Part shown: positions 51,998 through 64,000 of the stretch, in pieces | Layout: every line of letters begins with the position of its first letter | Position numbering within the stretch: the first letter of the stretch is position 1 | Assembly: GCA_964016885.1 (NCBI GenBank) | Contig: OZ024745.1 | Coordinates: forward strand, 93,496,001 to 93,560,000 | Length of the DNA: 64,000 nt | Origin: Eledone cirrhosa | Lineage: Eukaryota | Direction: 5' to 3' | The notes under the pieces: generated by a model | What the model was told of the DNA's origin: nothing | What the model saw: the letters and a program-made list of their open reading frames with translations, nothing else | The model's database searches: none | Program-made: the position numbers and the translations under genes

Positions 51998-52327
51998 ATC
52001 ATCAACATCATCATCACCATTTTACGTCCGCTTTTCCCTGCTTGCAAGGGTGGGACGGGAACTGATTCTGGCTTGATTTCTACAGCTGGATGCCTTCCTA
52101 ACACCAACCTCGTTTACAGTGAGGGCTGGGTGCTTTTTTGCTGTGGTGCCTCCAGTGGAATGATAGGGACCCCAGTCCTATCATCTCATTTCTACAGCTG
52201 AGTAAACTGGAGCAATGTGAAATAAAGTGTCTTGCTCAAGGAAACAACACATCACCCGGTCTGAGAATTGAACTCACAACCTTTCGATTGCAAGGCCAAT
52301 GCTCTAACCACTAAGCCATGTGCCTCC
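51998..52327 (-). mobile_element. tRNA-derived SINE (V-domain-like body, RTE-type tail)
   Basis: Reverse-complement homologue of 59696-60036. Confidence 0.85.
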
Positions 52328-52414
52328 ATATATAAATATATATATGGATGCATATGTGTGCATTGTTTGTATATATGTCCTTTTATGTGTGTATATATAT
52401 ATATATATACACAA

Positions 52415-52815
52415 AAAATTGAAATGGACCGGCAATCGCTCTGTATATACTATACATACATTCATGTATACATCGCTATTTCAGAGCACCAATTCTAATT
52501 TTCAATTTTTACTGGACCGGCAATCGCTCTGTATAATCAGTTCCTGATTATTACTGGAATTCTATAAGGATCCAACATTTATAATTTTCAACAGACAAGG
52601 CGAATGCTAAGCTCTGATGAGTACCAACAGTATGAAACAGATCTGTCAGCTTATCTTCCTTTGTTTATTGAAAAAAATAGTGAGTGACATAGTCACTACT
52701 TTAAAACAATAGCGCAAGGTCTTCAAAATGCTTTTAATTAAGCATACAGTATATTGCCAAATATACTATATATACATTCATGTATACATCACTATTTCAG
52801 AGCACCAATTCTAAT
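52415..52815 (+). mobile_element. Short non-coding hammerhead-bearing retroelement (~316-nt unit + ~55-nt terminal redundancy)
   Basis: 52445-52499 is repeated at 52761-52815; homologous to 34005-34382 (minus); ends in (TA)n. Confidence 0.8.
52608..52653 (+). ncRNA. Canonical type I hammerhead ribozyme (GUC site)
   Basis: taagct CTGATGA gtac caaca gtat GAAA cag at ctg TC agctta; all core nucleotides and three stems present. Confidence 0.88.
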
Positions 52816-52884
52816 ATATATATATATATACAATTGTATCTATATGTGAGTGTGTGTATGTATGTGTGTGTTTGCTTGAGTGTG

Positions 52885-52941
<57 letters not shown>

Positions 52942-53289
52942 ACTTATGTGTGTGTATATTTGTATGTATACTTATGTATGTATACTTATGTGTGTGTATA
53001 TTTGTATGTATGTCCTTGTATGTGTATGTATATATATATATATAGTAATAATAATAAATTTGAAGACTAAAATCCAAAGAGGGCTCGATAAGGATATATA
53101 TATATATCAAATATATTAGAACCTTAGAGCAAATATTTATTAAAATAACATATTAAAATTTAAGCAAAGAATCGCTGCTTTCACCCTTAACGGATCTTCT
53201 GAAACTAACAAAGTCAATCTGTGAACGCAGAAGTGAATATTTCAAAAAACGTTGTAACTGGAAGAAGGCAGGAAGACGATACTTTGGTT

Positions 53290-53563
53290 TGTGGAAACGT
53301 TCCCTGGCAAAGAACAGGAACAAATGAATATAATATGTCATTATTTTAAGTGGTGAAAAACAATTACACGCAAAGACAAAACCACGTTTATGGTATAAAA
53401 GAAGTCGTAGACTAATATTCTATTAGGTGGTTCATAGAGACGTTCTCTGGCAATGAACGAAAAAAAACGAAGATAATACGTCATATGTGGAGCGGGGAGA
53501 ACAATTGCACGCAAAGACAAAACCACGTAAATGGTATAACTGAAGTCGTAGACTAAAATTCTA
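53290..53563. repeat. Diverged ~140-bp tandem duplication
   Basis: cgttc.ctggcaa...cacgcaaagacaaaaccacgt..atggtataa..gaagtcgtagactaa occurs twice. Confidence 0.75.
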
Positions 53564-54250
53564 ACTAGGAAACCGAATGATTCTCGGCTTCAGAGTTAAG
53601 AATAAAGTAAATAAAATACAGAGGTAATTGAAATTAAATAAATACATACATGCATCCATATACGTACATACACAAGCATACGCGAAAACAATCGCCGTGG
53701 GTATACAAATACACGCACGAACACAAAAAACCCCAAAGAAAACCCGCACGCACATAAAGAACCCACGCAACACCTGTACCCGCATGCATACGAATGTATA
53801 CACCAAATACACAAAATATATATTAAAAAAATATATATATATATGTGTGTGTGTGTGCATGTATACATATAATTAAATAAACGTATATAAATAAATAAAT
53901 ACGTATATAACAAGCACACACACATACCTACATATAAATACACATATGTTCAGAGACGAACGTCAACCAAAACACAAAGTACACATATACACACACCCTA
54001 CATATGTACGAACCCGCATACTCACACAGATGCAAAACTCATGTATATACATAACCAAAAGCACATGTACCAGAATATATAATATATATGTCATAACATA
54101 TACAATCAAATATACGTACGAGAAAGTATACGTACCTTCACAAAATATACAGGTAATATATATACTTACCTAAGCAAATAAGTAATGGTATAAACATAAC
54201 ATATACTTAGCTACCACATCAAGACGTAAAATATCCGCGTATAGATCGTA

Positions 54251-54720
54251 CTATCCATTAGGGTATAACGTGGGGCTGTAATACAGGAAAGATTTGTGCA
54301 ATTTATGTTTACAAGCTGAAATTGCCTCAGATTTTTTGTTTAAGATGTGGTCTTTGGCGTACAGTATTTCCAGGGCCTCAGCGGTGCAGAGGTCACATGA
54401 TCTTTTATTTCCGTTATACGATCTAGCCCTAGCTAGAATCGCCCAGTGTAACTTATATTGGGTGTGCTTGTCTTTTAAACTCCAGATATAAGCTGAAAGT
54501 GACGTCATATTCCTTCTTAAAGGGTTACGAAAAGAATGGGAATGCATGTAAAGACGCTATTGGCGGTTAATCCTATGTAGGCCCTACGGGATGTGGGTGT
54601 TTCAACCTAACAATTGTAGACAATGTTACTAGAGAGGCATTTCCCGGATAGGGGGCAGTCAACCCGATTCTTACAATTACAGTTAGTACTAACTACAGGG
54701 TTGCACGTTGCAGGGTTGCG
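54251..54720 (-). mobile_element. Naiad-type Penelope GIY-YIG C-terminal fragment
   Basis: NCNCKNRVDCPLSGKCLSSNIVYNC*...AYIGLT; TSLSAYIWSLK...CDLCTAE...CKH. Confidence 0.85.
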
Positions 54721-54804
54721 ATTGTATGTATGTACATATGTATATGTGTATATGTGTGTATTCATATACATGTGTGTGCGTGCATGTGTGTGTATATATA
54801 TATA

Positions 54805-54835
<31 letters not shown>

Positions 54836-55115
54836 TTATAAATATGTGTATATATATATATGTGTATGTGTACGTATGTATATGCATGTGTCTATGTATA
54901 TGTACGTGTGTATGTATGTATATGTGTATGTATATATGTGTGCGAGTATAAGTATATGCGTAGGTAGATACTTATATATATTTTTATATATATACATATA
55001 TATTTATTATTTTCCCCGTTACATTATGTCCATTATTTTATTTTATACCATTCTCGCTTTCAATTGTTTTAGACTTTGTTTTGAAATCCATATCTCGCAT
55101 CCACTTCAAATAAAA

Positions 55116-55188
55116 TTTCATTCTGATGAACAATTTCTGACGTCTGTATTGAGCTCGTCTGTCTTCGTGAAACCTTTGGTAAATGGAA
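55116..55188 (+). ncRNA. Type I hammerhead ribozyme (GUA site, long weak stem II)
   Basis: tttcatt CTGATGA ac...gt GAAA cc ttt gg TA aatggaa. Confidence 0.72.
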
Positions 55189-55669
55189 TAATTGTCTTAT
55201 GTTGTTTATTACATAACTAAATAGCTAGAGCACTCTCCTTTCCTTTACTTTTCCTACGGAAACACTTAATATATATATATATATATATAGTGAGAGGGAG
55301 AGAGAGAGAATATAGTAGTGATCAGATTTCGTTAGGGAAATTGAAGACTGTCAACATGCAATGATTTTTGACTCAACAAGTGAATAATTTATCCTAGTGA
55401 TTCCGTGGTCATCCACTGTGGGTAGAATGATGGTAATTCCAGGAGTGTTTATATATAATAAGTAACATGAATATAACAACTTCACAGTTAAAGGACTAAC
55501 ATTAATTATATAATTGACATGTTTCACTAATCTACAGGTAAACAGAATCTAGAAATGCTAGCCCGATAGGATTTATCGGAAAATTCAATTCCCAATATTT
55601 TGCATCAACCCTGTGCTAAATCGGCTTTTCAGAATTTAACAATGTTTACATATATGCAGGGTGTTTATA

Positions 55670-55704
<35 letters not shown>

Positions 55705-55713
55705 AATATATAT

Positions 55714-55748
<35 letters not shown>

Positions 55749-55758
55749 ATATATATAA

Positions 55759-55832
<74 letters not shown>

Positions 55833-55858
55833 TATATAATATATATTATATATATATA

Positions 55859-55908
<50 letters not shown>

Positions 55909-56001
55909 TTATATATATAATATATATTATATATATAATATATATTATATATATAATATATATTATATATATATAATATATATTATATATATAATATATA
56001 T

Positions 56002-56043
<42 letters not shown>

Positions 56044-56057
56044 TATAATATATATAT

Positions 56058-56105
<48 letters not shown>

Positions 56106-56172
56106 ATATATATATATTATATATAATATATATTATATATAATATATATATATATATATTATATATATAATA

Positions 56173-56228
<56 letters not shown>

Positions 56229-56230
<2 letters not shown>

Positions 56231-56824
56231 GGAACCAGTAAGACCCCGACAGCTGAGCTCAAGCCGTTTCGACGGCTAATTCTGGACTAAATGAAAATTT
56301 ATCCTGGTATTTAAATAGCCGATCTTCTCAAGGGGTAATTCCATATATGGTCAAAGTGATTGTCAAAAATCAGTAGTAATTCTGTGGTTGCAAATTAGTA
56401 GGGGAGATGGTGGCTAAACCTGCCAGTAGGAGAAAGAGGGGAGGGGGTGGAGTAGACCCAATCAATCTTCTTTGACCTCATGCCCAGCTGTAGCTGGCAC
56501 TACCAACGCTTGATTGGGTCTACTCCACCCCCTCCCCTCTTTCTCCTACTGGCAGGTTTAGCCACCATCTCCCCTACTAATTTGCAACCACAGAATTACT
56601 ACTGATTTTTGACAATCACTTTGACCATATATGGAATTACCCCTTGAGAAGATCGGCTATTTAAATACCAGGATAAATTTTCATTTAGTCCAGAATTAGC
56701 CGTCGAAACGGCTTGAGCTCAGCTGTCGGGGTCTTACTGGTTCCTATTACCCACTCTACTACCTCAAGTATTGAGTACTTTGGTGCGTTATGGTCCACCT
56801 GGTTCCTTACCACATTTCCTTCGT

Positions 56825-56828
<4 letters not shown>
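56229..56828 (+). mobile_element. Fold-back element (237-bp arms, 44-nt spacer) carrying a hammerhead in each arm; PLE pLTR-like
   Basis: 56229-56465 is the reverse complement of 56510-56746; unique extension to ~56828; inserted in (TA)n. Confidence 0.88.
56639..56732 (+). ncRNA. Type I hammerhead ribozyme, U3-A8 core variant (mirror copy on minus strand at ~56243-56336)
   Basis: acccc TTGAGAA ga t cggcta ... tagccg tc GAAA cggct tgagctc agctg TC ggggt. Confidence 0.8.
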
Positions 56829-56870
<42 letters not shown>

Positions 56871-56911
56871 TATATTATATATATATATATAATATATATA
56901 TATTATATATA

Positions 56912-56979
<68 letters not shown>

Positions 56980-57115
56980 ATATTATATATATATATATTA
57001 TATATATATATATATTATATATATAATATATATTATATATAATATATATATATATATATTATATATATATAATATATATTATATATATATTATATATATA
57101 TAATATATATTATAT

Positions 57116-57170
<55 letters not shown>

Positions 57171-57186
57171 TATATATATATAATAT

Positions 57187-57307
<121 letters not shown>

Positions 57308-57320
57308 ATATATAATATAT

Positions 57321-57400
<80 letters not shown>

Positions 57401-57401
57401 T

Positions 57402-57445
<44 letters not shown>

Positions 57446-57477
57446 ATATATAATATATATATATATATAATATATAT

Positions 57478-57725
<248 letters not shown>

Positions 57726-57731
57726 ATATAT

Positions 57732-58265
<534 letters not shown>

Positions 58266-58317
58266 ATATTATATATATATATATAATATATATATATTAT
58301 ATATATATATATTATAT

Positions 58318-58367
<50 letters not shown>

Positions 58368-58371
58368 ATAT

Positions 58372-58421
<50 letters not shown>

Positions 58422-58489
58422 ATATATATATATATATTATATATATTATATATATATTATATATATAATATTATATATATATAATATAT

Positions 58490-58554
<65 letters not shown>

Positions 58555-58754
58555 NNNNNNNNNNNNNNNNNNNNNNNNNNNNNNNNNNNNNNNNNNNNNN
58601 NNNNNNNNNNNNNNNNNNNNNNNNNNNNNNNNNNNNNNNNNNNNNNNNNNNNNNNNNNNNNNNNNNNNNNNNNNNNNNNNNNNNNNNNNNNNNNNNNNNN
58701 NNNNNNNNNNNNNNNNNNNNNNNNNNNNNNNNNNNNNNNNNNNNNNNNNNNNNN
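58555..58754. other. Assembly gap (200 N)
   Basis: Run of N inside the (TA)n tract. Confidence 0.99.
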
Positions 58755-58869
<115 letters not shown>

Positions 58870-58900
58870 ATATATATAATATATAATATATATATATATA

Positions 58901-59109
<209 letters not shown>

Positions 59110-59128
59110 ATATTATATATATATATAT

Positions 59129-59348
<220 letters not shown>

Positions 59349-59358
59349 AATATATATA

Positions 59359-59627
<269 letters not shown>

Positions 59628-59628
59628 T

Positions 59629-59695
<67 letters not shown>

Positions 59696-59697
<2 letters not shown>

Positions 59698-60036
59698 AGG
59701 CACATGGCTTAGTGTTTAGAGCATTGGCCTTGCAATCGAAAGGTTGTGAGTTCAATTCTCAGACCAGGTGATGTGTTGTTTCCTTGACCAAGACACTTTA
59801 TTTCACATTGCTCCAGTTTACTCAGCTGTAGAAATGAGATGATAGGGACTGGGGTCCCTATTATTCCATTGCAAAGTGGTCGTGTAGGTGCCACGGCAAA
59901 AAAGCACCCAGCACTCACTGTAAATGAGGTTGGTGTTAGGAAGGGCATCCAGCTGTGGAAATCAAGCCAGAATCAGTTCCCGTCCCACCTTTGCAAGCAG
60001 GGAAAAAGCGGATGTAAAATGAAATGATGATGATGA
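59696..60036 (+). mobile_element. tRNA-derived SINE (V-domain-like body, RTE-type tail)
   Basis: A-box tggcttagtgttt, B-box gagttcaattc, tccttgaccaagacactttatttcacattgctccagt, tail aggaagggcatccagc...(GAT)n shared with the RTE LINEs. Confidence 0.87.
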
Positions 60037-60370
60037 TATACACACACACAGATTGATAGGGCATGTCATCTTGTAGGAAGTAGGTTGTATACATAGCAGT
60101 TGTATTGAAATGTACACAGAGAGTAGTGGTAGTTTTAGAGACAGCTACAAGCAATTGTGGCTAGCATTGCTGTCACATAAGGTAATTTGTTCTTTGAATT
60201 TAAAGTTTATGACTGGTGAATAACCATATAAATTTATGTATGTAATCCAACCACAGCCCGCTATTGCCAGTGAATGTTTTGGTTGCTAACTCTGTGCAAG
60301 ACATTTTAGATCATTGGCTAGGCTAAAAAGCCAGATTCGAATGCAGCACCATTAATTGTTAATATATATA

Positions 60371-60403
<33 letters not shown>

Positions 60404-60710
60404 TTGTTTTTTATTTTATTTTTTAAATTATATTTTTCCCGTGCAATGGCCATACTCGATAACAAGGGGGCAGCAATCATGTATGTATGCATGCATGTAT
60501 CTGTGTGTGTGATGCCAGTTGCCATAAATATTATTTATAAAAACCAACATATTATCATATCAATACTTGTTTAATTATCCTCTGTTATCTCAACTGGGGT
60601 GATCAACATGTAAAAATGGATAATATATAGACATGGAATATTGTTTATAAATTATATTTTGTAATAAACCAAAAGAAAAAAAAATAATAATGAATTAACC
60701 TCAATTTCAG

Positions 60711-60827
60711 GATGGAAAGTATACAATAAATTCTTCTGTTTGGATCCAAATTAGTGATGTCCAAGACATGCCACCAACATTTACAAGTTCCAATTTTGTT
60801 GAGAAAATCAAGGAAAATTTACCCAAG
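60711..60827 (+). CDS. Cadherin-repeat exon (DGKYTINSSVWIQISDVQDMPPTFTSSNFVEKIKENLPK)
   Basis: aatttcAG acceptor; in frame after ...VFVN; DVQDxPPxF linker and xEN motif. The donor AAG|GTTGTT is weak but phase-compatible with the next exon. Confidence 0.88.
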
Positions 60828-61259
60828 GTTGTTCATCATTTCCTATATCATTTGTTATATTTAATTTTGGTGAAGAATAATTATAATTATATGTGTATGT
60901 TTTATATGCACAAACACACACATACACACATAAGTGCACACACAGATACAAACATTCACACAGGTACACACACACAAAGCAGAACCATGTGATTAAAAAT
61001 CTTTTTTTGCAACTACATAGTTTCAGGTTTGATTCCCCTGTGTGGGACCTTGAGCAAGTAATTTCTACTATTTCCTCAGGCTGACCAATGACTTGTCAGT
61101 GACATTTGTAACACAGAAACTATACAGAAGCCCATTGTATATGTACATGCCCATACACACACACATGAACAGGCAGACACACACATACACATGTAGTGAA
61201 ATGATCAATAATTGGTAAGAGAACTCTATATTAGTAGGAGAGCTGTATATTTACATAAT

Positions 61260-61505
61260 AATGAAGCATGCAAGCTTCATTTCTTTCCAATCTTCATAGA
61301 TCCTCTTCCCACAGTGCCCAGGTCTCACTATCATACAGCATTGCTGTTCGTATGCATACACTTATCATACAATCTGCTCTTCATTTTGAGGAAAAAACCT
61401 TTTGTAACTCACAGCAGTTGTAACTCTCTGAACTTTTTCCATCCTGTTCTCTCTCTGGCTATCAGAACATCCACCTCCACTGCTAATTTGGACACCCAAG
61501 TAACA
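61260..61505 (-). mobile_element. Degenerate RTE LINE fragment
   Basis: Homologous to 35915-36130 (GWKKFREL...GF.LKMK.RLYD...TAML...ETW). Confidence 0.75.
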
Positions 61506-63423
61506 GAATTAGACATTTTCCAAAAATATTTACCATATATAATCTAATCTAAGCTGTCCGTACCCAATATTATATCTGAGAAATGGACAAAAATCCAAAC
61601 CCCATTTATAAGCCCAGGCAGCTAATCAACATATGTTTAGATGGTGTGATTTTGAAATTCTCATGAGTATAAAATATATTTATGAAGTTTTAATATTTTG
61701 ATGTTTAAAATGTGTTGTTTAGAGTATAGTTTTTGTTTCACAACTCCATTACGTTATGAGTTTCTATTGTTAAGTTTCAACAAGTTACTCAAATTTGTGT
61801 TTACTTCTTGTCACTCACATGCAGGGAGTATTTTGAAAGCAAGAGATCAAATAAGAGAACTTTGTAAAAGGATTCATAGAGTTGAATAGGAAGGGAGTCA
61901 CAGCAACTGAGGGAGAGGGTGCGAGCAAGAAGGGAGCAATAAAATAAAATTAGAAGAAAGATTGATAAAAAAATATTGTCAGAGGAAAATATGTATGTGT
62001 ATGTTTGTGTGTCTGTGCATGTGTGTGTAGGGGATATTTATGTATTAAAAAGTTCAAATTATAGAAATTTGTTGCATAAATAACATCAACGATGATGTAG
62101 AGAAATGGTGTTTCATTGTAAAATAATCACTCCAGATATTTTAGCACCTTATATATGTAGAATGTTACCGTTGTTTTTTGGGGCTCACATAATCCTTGGC
62201 TTATATTCAAGTATAAATAAACAAGAAAAATGTATCATTAGATATAAATTGATACATTTAATGGAGCTGTCTGATTCAAAACAGGCTGGCACTACAAGGC
62301 CAGCAATTGAAGATAATTATCCCACTTCCATTGATGGACCAACAGAATGGTCAGCTAAATCTAGCAGTAAACAACACACCAACAATTTAGCTGAAATCCA
62401 TACTATACAAACAGAAGAAAACCGAAAATGATCTGGGATGACATGTTTCAACAGGTCCACAACCTAAATTAGAGTGACAGGCCATACAACACCAGTATAA
62501 GTAAAGAACCCAGTACATTAAGAATTGGAGGCAGTAAACAAAATTGCTGACAATTATCTGAAGGCCACACAGTCCAGAGATATGAAAACAACAAACAAAA
62601 CCATTTGTCTTTTGATATATGTCTCAGCTATCACATTGCTAGCGTATTGCAAAGAGCTGACGCCATGCAATTGAGATACAAAAACCTGAACCAGCATGGC
62701 TATGTAATTTAAAAAATGAAATTTTGTTCTTGTGAAGAAATAACTTACAGATTGATGTAGTTGCGAAATGTAACACAGAAAACAATTTTACACATCAGGA
62801 AAACCTAAAAAAAAAAAATAGAAAGGCAATTTAGCGATACAGGATTTAAAACCCTAAACTCCAAACTACATCAGCTGAAGCAACAACTCATAGTTACAGC
62901 TGAAAAACTAAAATATAAATCTACAGTTTATAAACTGTAGATGTACTGTATTAGAGCGAAGCAAAGTACTTGAAATTTATCTGTTTAAGTGCTTGTTGTT
63001 TTCTTTAGTCATCTTGTGTATAGAATTAAGACCTTTCTGTAAACTTTAATACAATTAGGACTTAAAATTATTTTTGATAGCTTAGGACTATGAGCACAGC
63101 TAGTGAGGATGGCTGTACTGATGATTGAAGATATATCTGAGTGATCTATTAAAAACAGTATTGGTTTCAATACAATTTTCTGGGGTGTAACTACAGTAGA
63201 GCGATTTGGTTGCTATCTCTAGCTGATTGAATAACTACATAGAAGCTCTCTCTTTGGTTTATATATTGCAAATAATTTTGGAAAAAGTATGAACATCGCA
63301 ATTTTGATTTTTTTTCTTCTGTAAATAATAGAACCTTTATGAATAGTCATAATAAACCATAGTCTTTCAATACAATTTGAAATTATTTTTGTTGTTTAAT
63401 TGCTTCTGTTATTCTTCTTCCAG

Positions 63424-63502
63424 GGAACTGTAGTCATCAATGTGACAGCTATTGATCAAGATAGAGGCATCCCAAATAAGATTCGCTATGAAATGGTTAA
63501 GG
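63424..63502 (+). CDS. Cadherin-repeat exon (GTVVINVTAIDQDRGIPNKIRYEMVK-)
   Basis: ttcttcttccAG ... G|GTATGA, 79 nt, phase 0-1. Contains the GT.V..V.A.D.D.G.N..I.Y motif. Confidence 0.92.
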
Positions 63503-64000
63503 GTATGATTTTTAAGATTTATTCTCTAAATCTCAAACTATATATATGCATTGCTTTGTGCCTATGGAGATAACATCTTATGTTGATTTAGTTCACAAAA
63601 CAGTTAGGAATCTGCTGTGAAGAGCAAAAGTAAAATATAATCAGCAACAGTTTTGTTGACTAGCTTATCAAAGTTTCTACTGTTATACATTAGACTATAA
63701 TAGTACTCAAACAATGACTCTGTTGAACAAATTTTGTCAGCACCATGTTAAAGTGAACATCAAATAAATGAATGTTTAAGTCAGATAAAATGAGTTAATG
63801 ATATTAATTTATTTATTCTATTATAAATAATTAGATCGAAATAAACATTTAAAATAAAAATTTTAATATTTTGTTCCTTGATGATTACATTTTAAGGAGT
63901 ATTTCTTGCATTTTTTTGTTCGCATTTTATGATTCAGACTCTAGATGTCTGCATCTGGATATATGAATATATTGGCACTTCTAGTCATGCTACAAAAACA

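Noticed and set aside
59696-59770. tRNA gene
   Set aside because: A and B boxes are present but there is no complete cloverleaf; it continues into a SINE body found in two copies.
63938-64000. Next cadherin exon at the window end
   Set aside because: The acceptor at 63937 hits a stop in phase 1. The alternative at 63944 gives no cadherin-like motif in the visible sequence.

Overview
AT-rich eukaryotic (animal) genomic DNA, most likely cephalopod/octopus-like. That assignment is an inference from the RTE LINEs with (ATC/TGA)n tails, the Meta-domain and V-domain-like tRNA-SINEs, Naiad-type Penelope elements and abundant (TA)n. The only host gene visible is a + strand, intron-rich cadherin-repeat gene. 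Seven small exons (6535-63502, including a candidate 12-nt microexon) splice in frame to give the DVNDNPP, AxDAD, LDYE, DVQDMPP and DQDRG motifs. Most of these exons are missed by the ORF track. Its large introns are filled with repeats: (i) a 13.2-kb 22/23-bp satellite with higher-order structure, apparently expanded inside the 3' end of a Penelope-like element; (ii) five Penelope-like (RT/GIY-YIG) relics, two with inverted terminal segments; (iii) several RTE LINE relics, an R4/Dong-like fragment, a hAT relic, piggyBac-type MITEs and SINEs; (iv) a ~4-kb (TA)n tract with a 200-N gap. The most notable signal is a dense set of hammerhead-ribozyme folds, which I paired by eye. Six lie on the gene's sense strand and three on the antisense strand, and three of the nine carry the covarying U3-A8 core. 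Several sit in short non-coding, terminally redundant and apparently circularly permuted elements next to TA microsatellites, which resemble retrozymes. The long ORFs at 10-21.8 kb and the Y/I-rich ORFs are repeat artefacts.
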